A stretch of 26,642 bases of DNA, from NCBI RefSeq assembly GCF_024521635.1, contig NW_026250427.1:558001-584642 (forward strand), written 5' to 3'. The position numbers were made by a program, and so were the translations under genes. The notes below the pieces were generated by a model. It was given only the letters and a program-made list of their open reading frames with translations. It had not been told where the DNA came from and ran no database searches. Shown piece by piece: positions 12,401 to 21,859 of this stretch. The number at the start of each line of letters is the position of its first letter. Position 1 is the first letter of the stretch. Origin of the DNA: Tricharina praecox (taxonomy: Eukaryota).

Positions 12401-12507
12401 AGAGAGGAAGCGAGAGGGTGAGTCGGACCCTCTTGAAAGACAGATGTGCGGTCGACTTTGAAGATGGCGGGCTCCGCATCCTCGTCCTTCTTCTTGGCGT
12501 AGCTCAT
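9435..12507 (-). CDS. SEC21: Coatomer subunit gamma (gamma-COP, COPI), ~932 aa
   Basis: Exons 12507-12429, 12368-12040, 11940-11415, 11359-9728, 9667-9435 total 2799 nt in frame. All introns are GT-AG with branch sites. Typical gamma-COP sequence: [135 protein letters not shown]. Confidence 0.97.
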
Positions 12508-13431
12508 GCTGGGTGCGCGCGATTCGAAAGGCCGTAGGTGGTAGATGGTGGGATGCGATTACTTCGTAAGCTCGTGAAGGTGGGGGAGACTAGAGCTTAG
12601 GGGAGGTCGCGAAACGGGATGTAGGTGCGAATTGAACGCTGAGAGAGCTCTCACGATTACTGTTGACAAAAGTAACGAGGCGACGAGGGGGAGTCGCGGT
12701 GGATTGCGGCGAAGATGAGCTGTACCAGTTGGCGGATCGTTAAGGGTGTAACTTTTTTGGTGGGGACAACTTGCTTCACGATGTGTCCTATTCAGCTTGC
12801 TAAAATTACCCGGTTGTTTCTTAGCAAGCACGTGCATCCTTGTCAGCATCCCCGGTCACCGCATCAACGGCCACTTCTTCACCCCTAGTTCATCCTCAGG
12901 AGCTTCACATTTCCGATGCCCCTTTTCTGCTACATACATTTCCGTCGGTGTTTGGTTCTCACGGATTGGACTGGATTGCGGTGTTGGGAGGGTTTCGTTG
13001 GAGTCACGTGCGGTCCCTTAGCGCTAAGTTCACAAGCGCTGAAGCCGCCCTGGCAGCCATGCAGTACGCGGCGGCGGGTGAGAACCTCGAGCGGAGTCTG
13101 CGTCTTGGTATATCAGCTGTAATTGACACAGAAAAGTTGAAAGCTGAAGTATTCGATGACGGCGGCTGCATCCAGTTGTCGCGTTGCAGGTCAGCTTGTC
13201 GTGCCTTGGTGGAGTAGAACCGCGTCCCCGCCATTACGATCGAAGCGTTAGAATTCAGTGCACTTAAGCCAGACCAGGGTACCGGTATTCCCAAGAACCA
13301 GGAACAAGAATGAAATGACACCCCTTAACAATACTCAACTCCTAATACAAACAAAATACAAAGAAAATACGAAATTATGCCAACGCCGGAACAGATCCCA
13401 TCGTGCTCGCACATATCCCCAACTCTCCTCT

Positions 13432-16014
13432 CTACAAGCCCATACTCGGGTGATCCATGCGGTATTCCGACATGGCCTTCCTCAGGGCGTGTACGACTTC
13501 CTCTGCCTGCTCTTCACTCATCGCCTCAAAATCGTACCTCTTCGTCTCCTTCTGCTGGCGCATGACGAGGATCTTGAAGTTACTGGGCGCCTTGCGGTAC
13601 GTCTTGCAGCCGATGATCGCTGAGATGTGAATACTTCTGGTTTTCGTCTGGCTCTCGAATGCGTTGAGGAGGGTCTTCTGCTCGCTAGGCATGATGTGGA
13701 CGTATTCTCCATCGACGGCGAGAACGCGCTCATGACGCGACATAAAGCTCATGGGTGCTTTGCGCCAAACCGTGAATTTGAGGTAGTCTTCGGATGAGAG
13801 CATGTCGGGAGCCCAGAGGGCGGGTTGAAGGATCTTGGGCTTCTTGGTGGGAGTGCGCGAGGAGCTGCCAATGATCAGGGGTGCATTGGGGGAATTCAGT
13901 GTAGACGGGGAACCAGGCCGATCTCCAAGACTCTCCGAAGCACCGACGAAGCGGCGGCGGACAAGGTCCAGTTCCCCGCGTTCTCCGAGAGAGGCCACGG
14001 TGCGGTCGAGGGGCGCGACGACATTCGATACTCCGGTGATACGAAGTATGAATTTATCCTTGTCGAGGTGCTTCTTCCGGCAGACCTGCTCGAGGACTTC
14101 AGCAATGTAGGTATCGGTCGTGACGCAGACTGAGATGCTCTGGGCGAACTCGTCAATGGTGGAAAGGTGGATTCGGAGGATCTTAGACGGGCCGACACGG
14201 GGTGTGCTGTTCGTTGCCATCGCGGAGGCCTCGGCTGCCGCTTGACGAGCCGATGGTCCAAGTGTGGGTGTGGGAGTAAGGGGTCCTCCGTGGTTTGCAT
14301 AGAGGTTTGTGGAGCCTGAGGAGGGTGCCAATGTTATTGGCGCAGGTTTCCTCTTCATCGGGGACTTCGTCGTGCTCGGCGTGACTTTACAGTGTTGGAC
14401 AACTGATGAACAGGAGGGATTAGTGAGGCAAGTTGACAAGAGTAAGGGATTAATCTCACATTGTTCCTCCGTAGCCCTACACAGTGCAAACTCGCCTTCC
14501 AGCTTGACTTCCTTCTGTTGAGCAAGTCGGCCCCCACGCGCTGACTTCTTGGTCATGTAGGAGGTGATGGGCTGAGTTCGCTCCAAAGGAGGGAAGTCAT
14601 CATCAGGCTCGCCTTCGTCGACCATCCGGAAAACCCAGCGGTTAATATCGAGTTGTTCGTCTTGAAGCGCAGGTGTTTTCTTCTCCTCCACGTACTTGTA
14701 AAGCACAAACCCAATCGCCTCCGCAACAGTCGTCTCTCTGTTCTTGCCACCGCCGTCTTCTTTGGCGAATCGGCTGAGAACGATTTCGAATGGTTCAACG
14801 CCTCCCCCGCGAAACGGTATGATGATCCTGAGGTAGACGGGAGCAAGCTCGCCTTTTCCGTCGAAGAATTTGTATGCATCCATCGGGCTCTCGGCTTCGG
14901 CGGACTTGAGAAGCTTGCTCAACAGGGAGACTGGCTGCATCATGGAGACGGGGCGGATAGGCGGTGGTAAGGCGTTCAGCACTGCGGGGGAAGTGCGCTG
15001 GACAGCTCTCGGGGGTGGCGAGAGAGAGTTTCCGATCACATCGGGATTCGAGTCCGCGGTGGGCATGAAGTCGGAGGAAAGAGTGCTGCTAGCATCCGAT
15101 TCGTCTCCGGTATCGAAGCCGTGATCGTGAGGCAACGATGAGTTCGGCGATGACCGTAACTTGTTCATGATCTCGGAGTGTAGACCGCGATCCCTCATGA
15201 TGCCAGAGGACAGTAGCTCTTCGTCGGCGCCGGGGACCGCATCGTAATCGATAGACGCTGTAGCGGACTTAAAATCGACATCTCCGTGGGATCCACCTCG
15301 TAGGCGGCGTGTGCGATTCTTCGATAGCGACGACGACGTGACCATGACCTGTGGTCCATTGCGTATCGGCGATGATCCGGCGCGGGGACGATGTGGCAGC
15401 TCTTTCTTCGTAAAATCGAACTGTATCTTCTGTCCTGGCTTATCCGTGCTGTCCACAACAGCTGTTAGCTCCTATCACGGCGAGCAACAGCAACAGCAAC
15501 ACCCGTAGCTCCCCCTGGTCTTACGTTTCAGAATTCTGGTCGTCGTCGGAATCTTCACTCATATCCGAGCTATCATCCTCCTCCCTATGCATCTCCATCC
15601 TCGCCGTAGCTCCAGTCTTCAACTGTTTCGTATCGACCGGCGCGTCTGTGCTGTCACTCGAGAACCGAGAACCTAATAGTGTGCTCGTCTCATCGCCCCG
15701 TGGTCTCTGGCCGGCGGTAGCCTCATCGTTGAACGTCCGGCCTGCTGCTGTCGCGAAGTAGTCCCCCGCAGGACCACATGGAATCGGCGGAGAGTGGGCA
15801 CGCTTGATGTCGACTCCCCAGCCAGCGTTCTTGAAGGCAGGTACGTTAAGGGCGGTGGGATTGACGGTGATGAGGCGGTCGCTAACTCCATCTTTCATAC
15901 ATTGTAAATAGCGGCTGCGAATACGGTATATGACGAAGCTGTAACGCGGTTAGCTGAAGACTAGTAGAAGATAATGGAGGTTGTCGCGTACTCCTGGTTC
16001 TGTAGCAGCGACAT
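13432..16014 (-). CDS. SIN1: TORC2 subunit Sin1/Avo1 (stress-activated MAP kinase-interacting protein 1), ~798 aa
   Basis: Exons 16014-15992, 15938-15525, 15448-14460, 14402-13432 total 2397 nt in frame. N-terminus MSLLQNQDFVIYRIRSRYLQCMKDGVSDRLI. CRIM domain: TVAEAIGFVLYKY...INRWVFRMVDEGEPDDDFPPLER...EFAL. RBD-like region: DTYIAEVLEQVCRKKHLD. C-terminal PH domain: YLKFTVWRKAPMSFMSRHERVLAVDGEYVHIMP...ETKRYDFEA. Confidence 0.94.
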
Positions 16015-18312
16015 CGTTGGTGTGAATAGGAATGTTGCCGCAAGACGTGGGGAGAATAACGGGACGCGAATCGTGGGGTATGGGCGCTATTGATTTTAGC
16101 CGAGAGTGGGGTTAGTGGGTCCCCGTTAGCTCGTGTGGCTGTGGCGCTAATCACCCGCCAAGCTTTGTGGCGATTCTGGCCAAGCTCCAAGGACCCTTCA
16201 ACAGTTTTCATCCTCACACGGTCATCCAGCCTTCACCCTCACTTGTGTTGGAATATTCGGGTAGACGGAACGAGATATTCTAGATATTCGATACAGAAGA
16301 AAAAGAAGAACCTATCGTCTACGGCGCAGACCTCTATTTAAAACCGAGGGGCCGCCTGAAGTTGGCCACCCATAAAAGTTGGCCGCTGCCGCGTAACCAT
16401 ATACTCGTCGACAGTCCGTCGACCTTCCACCGCCAGACCTTAATTCGTGCCGAGATCTCCGGGCGACTAAATTTTGACAACTTGCTATAGAAATGCAACT
16501 CATGTCGGTTAAATGACTTGCCTATCGTCGCAGGCGGGATTGTTATACTCTAGCAGAGTGTTGTGTCGTCTGGCGGTTCATTATGGTAGGTATATCGACA
16601 TTGGAGACGGAATGACAATACATTCAGCAATTTACGTAACTGTCATAAACAACTCCGAACTCACAACGCAACAGTTCAGTTTAAGTTGAGAAGGTAAAGT
16701 CGGTGCTCGCGGTGATCTGCAGGGCTGATGGAAGTTCTTGATCGTGGCCAAGTATCTATCCTCTTGGTTTCGGGACACCTCCGGTCCAGCCCACCAATCG
16801 ACGGCTCCCCTAAGTCAAGGTACGCGTATGTAACGCACTCGTAAAGAGTCGTCGTGGTAGATATCGCATCTGCTGGGTGTAACTCTCCGCTGCTTTTTCT
16901 ATCTCGCTGCCTCCTGCTCCATCTTGACCATCTGGCGTCCTCCTACCTCCCCGATCAACCACTGCGACCAAATACGCTTGATCTCTACCTTCGGTTTCTC
17001 ATATTTTCCAAGAGCTCTCTCTCAATCCGCTCAGACAGCAGACGCAAGTGAGCAAGCATGAGCGGAAGCATCATCGGACGACATTTCGGGGATCTGGGAA
17101 CTGCAGCAGGGTATCATCCTCGTGTAAACAAGGGATGAAGCCTCAGACTGTGATGGTGCGATAGACGATGACAGGGTCAATACTACGGAGCCGAAGGGTC
17201 TGCTTGTGGCGACGATGCCGAGGGGTTCAAAGTGCGAAAGGAAAATACTATGGACAGTGCCAAGAACGAGTGACCAAACAGGCAAATAGGCGCGAAATGA
17301 CTGTCAATATGCGGGGAATAAAAAATGACGTGATCACCCATGATTTGACCCCGCGGGAAGGAACCGTCAGAACTATGTACATCCTCACCGCATTAGGGGC
17401 CAATATTCGCTTCGTTGAGGCGGATCTGATCTGGAGGCCGGTAGATTGGTACGGGAAGGTGGCGTGTATTGGGGATAGGGCGAGGAGGGGCTGGAAGCCT
17501 GGAAGTCGGTCAGAAGCCGTGACATGAGATCAACCTGGTCAGATGATGTACGAACGAAGACGTGGAAAGGAATTGTTACTCGCGGATCATACGGAAGAGA
17601 AGCGGCAGAGTAGGAAATTCCGTAGTAAGATGCGAGTGGGGAACCAACAAGACGAGGCGGCGAAGCCACACCAGGAGCGGATCACTGCTCGCGAACGAGG
17701 TACGGTACGGCAATTCCAGAGCGCCTGTGGAGCACCAATATCGATGGGCTGACGCACAGAGCGGCGGACAACGAGTAGATGGTAGGCGTGCCGCCTGAAA
17801 TGAGAGGAGACTTCGGAGAGCTCAGCACGCTACAAGGAGGGATTGCGGCCCGTCTCCTGGGGAGGGGGGTGCGGAGGGGCTGGCGATGGAGGCGGTGGAG
17901 CAACAGGGACAGGAGGCGATCTTTCGTTGGAGTCTGATGCTCTCGTGTACTTTCCTTGATGAACTTCCCAACCACCGGCTCCTAGGAGGAGAATGGGGAA
18001 GGGTGTCGATACATCGGGCTAGATATCAAGACCGTAGACTGGATAGCTAGACACCTTGCCTCGCAGAATATACGAGTTCATGTCATTGCTTGGGATCGAT
18101 TATCAGTCACGAAGTGCAGAGCAAGAAACCCTCATAAGCAGGAACGGTTTTCATAATTTAGAAGACCGACTATCCTGATTCCTCCTCCCGTTCAAAGCAC
18201 ACATTTTTCATCTCAACATTTCATTCAGAGCACCATTTTTTGTTCCAACCTTCCATCCATAGCACCCATTTTTTGTCTCTCCCGCCTTGACTAGTTCCCA
18301 AGCAAAAAGCGC

Positions 18313-18798
18313 TTAATTAACCACAACACGCATGCCAGACTCGTTGCCGTCAAAGTACCACGATCCACTCGCCTTGCCCTGCTTTCCACACTTGTCGCGG
18401 ATCTGCTGGGCGGCGTAGGCCACATAGTTGCACGTCATCAAAAAGTTGTTCTTTCCGCAGAGAAGGATGCTGCTGCCGGCGGAGGACTCCACGAGGGTGC
18501 ATTTGTTGTTACCGTTGACCTGTCTGCAGGACTTCTTGTAGAGCACCTTGGAGATGCAGGTGTCGACCTCGTGGAAGGTCGGGGACGAGACCGACGTGTT
18601 GCATTGGAGCGTAGCGAGGAGCGAGGAATCGTCATTGCCGGCCGAAACGACGTCGGCATCGGTGCCGGGGTTCTTGATGTTCGAGATATCGAACGAGGTC
18701 GGGTTGCCGCTGCGAGTGTCGATAGCCCCGGAAGGCGCAGCCGAGGTGCAGGCGGCGATGATTGAAACGACCGCCAGAATTCTCAGGTGGAAACGCAT
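18313..18798 (-). CDS. Small secreted cysteine-rich protein, 161 aa; candidate effector/toxin of Ecp2/Hce2/KP4-like type
   Basis: Intronless ORF with strong C/G third-position bias and CAAC-ATG start context. It has a signal peptide (MRFHLRILAVVSIIAACTSA|AP), a polar pro-region, and a ~95-aa domain with 7 Cys: CNTSVSSP...DTC...C.Q.N....CT......ILLCG...C..VA....I...C...G..SG. The family assignment is from remembered motif spacing only. Confidence 0.85.
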   Translation of the reverse strand: MRFHLRILAVVSIIAACTSAAPSGAIDTRSGNPTSFDISNIKNPGTDADVVSAGNDDSSLLATLQCNTSVSSPTFHEVDTCISKVLYKKSCRQVNGNNKCTLVESSAGSSILLCGKNNFLMTCNYVAYAAQQIRDKCGKQGKASGSWYFDGNESGMRVVVN

Positions 18799-19269
18799 GT
18801 TGATATTGTTGATGGAGGTGTGGTTGTTATATAAGTTGGTTGGAGTGGTGGATTAGTAGGGGGTGGTGGGTTGGTTGGGGTGGTGAGAAAGTTGTGAAAG
18901 GGATTGTAGGAAGGTGTGAAAGGGAGGGTCAAACTGGAAGCAGGAAGTTGGGGTTTTATGGGCCACCGAGGGGATGGATCCGATGGGAAGGAGCGGCTAA
19001 AATTGTGAGGTGTAGTTAGGGCTATGAATTGAACGAAGAGCACCATAATGAACAAAGAAACATAGGAAGAGCAAGTATCATAACAGAGGAAAACACTGGT
19101 ATATTACAAACGTCATGAACTCAATTATCCCTTGAACCGGAGAGACTGGTAATTAGGGTTTAAATATCGGGAGAGAAAGGTAAAATTCATATTCTGAACG
19201 CATCCGAGGTCACTCAGTGGCAGATATCACTTATGCAATTACGTCAGTCACCACCACGAATTACCCTCC

Positions 19270-20366
19270 CGGCCTTGGACAGAAGTAATCCATCCATATA
19301 CGGCGAACACTGCAGCCCTCAGTCGGAGGAGACCCAAGAATACCATCGAGATCAGCTGGTCCTCGGCCCACAAAGGCGTCCCCGGAAACGAAAAGACCGA
19401 CGAGTGGGCAAGCTGGCAGCTGATAACTACTCCGCGTGCCCCCTTTACCGCAGCCAGGACAGCACTAGGCCGCTACCATTTTCATCGCTCACCTACCGGA
19501 AATGTGGCATCACGGAGACCAAGTCGAACGAGGCCAAAAAGCAGTAGCGGCATAGCCGGAAGGCTTTTCAGATACCAGGCACGATCGTGGCCACGGCTCC
19601 GAGCGCCTGCCCTCAAAATTCTGCTACCAGCTGAAGACGAGAGATTGCCTCACCGAGAAATACCTCCCGAGTCACGACCAGAACCCCACCGACCGGTACC
19701 TCCCCGATCAATAACATCTCAACCAATACCTCTAATGGACGGAGAGACGTTCCGACACTTCGCGTGGGTGGTGTGGATACAACACCCAGACTCGAGAGCA
19801 TCTCTTCAAGTGCTGCCCCGAATCAAAGAGTGGGCAGACGACCCGGTGGGCGGAGGTTGGAAAGGAGAAGGGAAGGGGCAAGGAGCGCTTCAAGATCTGG
19901 GGTTCTTCGCACATGAGCGGCACAGCCAGGCTATCTTCGGCTTTCTCGGCAACAACGATGCGGTCGGGCGGATCCCGGAGGTTGCTGAGGAAGTTGCAGC
20001 AAGTGAGGTGTCAGAGTGGGAGCTCTAGGAGCGGGAAGGAAGATAGGCGGAGAGGAGGAGAAAGGAGGACCAGGAGGTGTCGTCGTCGAGGAGCCGGGGC
20101 CACTCCCGTTGTTTTCTCCAAATCATCCTTCACGGCATCTCCTGATGAAGAGACAGGGAGCGAGACGGCGTGAGGAGCGGGCATTCCATTTATTAGCTCT
20201 TTTCCGTTAGTGCACTACATGTTCTCACGGAAAGTACCATGGCGCACAGCTGGAAAAGCCACATCGTGCGACGTGACGAAAGTTGAGTTGGATAGTGGGC
20301 ATGCAAACGGTGTGTGTATTGCCATGATCTAGACGGGTCGCATGTAATTAACGATTAAACAACAAA
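19270..20366 (+). mobile_element. Decayed, 5'-truncated Tad1-like non-LTR retrotransposon (LINE): RNase H C-terminus, CCHC zinc knuckle, 3' tail
   Basis: Frameshifted or stop-interrupted remnants: TIEISWSSAHKGVPGNEKTDEWA from 19342 (RNase H W.xAHxGxxGNExAD motif); YQLKT near 19626; (R)GWCGYNTQTREHLFKCCP near 19763-19820 (degenerate CCHC knuckle); WAEVGKEKGRGKERFKI; FAHERHSQAI; EVSEWEL. The element ends in AAACAACAAA. Confidence 0.88.
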
Positions 20367-21830
20367 GTCACCATCACCCATTTCTTGGCGCATAACGAGA
20401 TTCTCACAGTTTCATCCAATAAGAACAGCCCTGACAGCCAGACATTCCATATCACCGACTTCCCGGAAAATAACAAGCGCTTCATGAAATATCACTCCCA
20501 GTTTCGTTCGAGCCAAATTCCGCAAAACAGTCCATTCATCGATTATTCAAGCCCCATAGTATCTTAGACTGGATCGTCTCTAAGAGAATAGGCAGAATAT
20601 CGATATTTGCTCCAAATCATTATATATCACTCCAGTGTGATGGACGAGTGATGAGTCATGTATACGTCTGCTTTTGCCCATTTGGAGTGCATCAGACGGT
20701 GCCTCTGATGATTTGCTGCGCAAGGTCCGCGTTAGCTCGACGTTGTTGCTAGTAAAAACATGTGTGAATGCCACTCATCCATGGCATCTCACCCGCTACA
20801 TAATCATGAACTGCACTCGCTATGCAACCTTGGTGGTACTGTTTTTTTGCTTACAACGCATCCGTTGGGCAATGAGCATAGATTAGAACTAGATGGTCAA
20901 GAATTACGAATCGAGTTGTTACATTTGTGGATTGCCTTCAACGCCGTCCACCAGGTCACGCGACTACGGTTAAACTTAGTCACGAGTTGTACCAGTGATC
21001 ACGTGCTTCTCAGAGAAACCCCCACGCCACCATGCCTAGGCAATTGCTGTGGTTTCGTTAACAACGTGTTGTCTCTACCCGGGAGAGCGCGGTGAGCTCC
21101 GCGTCACGGCCCGGTGAAGAGGTACCTGCGCTGACCGAAAGAGCTTCAAAAGGCAGTTGAGTGTTTCACCTTTTTTGTACATTCGAGAGTCCAATACTCA
21201 ACTCGACTCACCATAAATGCCGGTGGTGAACAGCGTAAACAGACAAACTCGCGTCCACGGTTCAGACCGCAGCAAAAGAGCGTCCTCCCCAAGGTTGCTA
21301 TCCTTGTACAGCCGATGGACCTCTCACCACCTGGGGACTTCGCTGTCGTTAAGCCATGATCACTGCCTGGACACTACCCGAAAGCCGACCTTTTGAACCC
21401 CACGTGAGGTAAGCTGTAACCACAATTTGGATTTTAACTCCCGCAGCTCCAGTTTGCGAAATACAACATACCGGCTGCCTGTAGGCTGTAGTGCTCGCTA
21501 CATCAGCAAGCAATACGAATGTAATGCCTACACTGTCTGTCAGTCACTGCTATGGGAATGAACGATTTCCATTCGCAATCAAGAATATACCACATACGCT
21601 CTTCCGGCTCCATCATTCTGAGGATTCGCACTCCCCATCAAGTACATACTCCCCATTAGGTACATACTCCATCTTTCCGTATCGAGCTTGATACAACCAA
21701 TTCCTTCCATTCAAATCTCGCAGGCATCGATTCGGCATCTGACTAGCCCACATCATCCAAAATCACCTAATCCAGGCTCTCCTCATCCAAAATCTCCTTT
21801 TCTAACATCTCCTCATCTACAAGTATTGTT
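20367..21830 (-). pseudogene. Degenerate multi-exon 3' continuation of the repeat-protein gene
   Basis: Protein-like frames are broken by TAG/TAA, e.g. ILVDEEMLEKEILDEESLD*VILDDVG*SDAESMPARFEWKEL near 21825-21690 and DEWTVLRNLARTKLGVIFHEALVIFREVGD near 20541-20450. Several GTATGT/GTGAGT donors and CAG acceptors lie in 21126-21670. The exact exon structure is unresolved. Confidence 0.5.
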
Positions 21831-21859
21831 CTTCTATGGTAGGCTGCGACCGAACCTCG

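Noticed and set aside
12559..13321. Small ORFs between the SEC21 start and the SIN1 3' end
   Set aside because: No credible ATG or domain; more simply explained as promoter and 3' UTR sequence.
16500..18000. Purine-rich, partly protein-like plus-strand frames interrupted by stops
   Set aside because: Possibly an old pseudogene or TE relic, but no diagnostic motif was recognised.
20760..21095. TAA/TAG-to-Gln genetic code reassignment
   Set aside because: Intact genes in the same window terminate normally at TAG (ABC1 kinase, SIN1) and TAA (SEC21, secreted protein). Mutational decay explains the pattern better.
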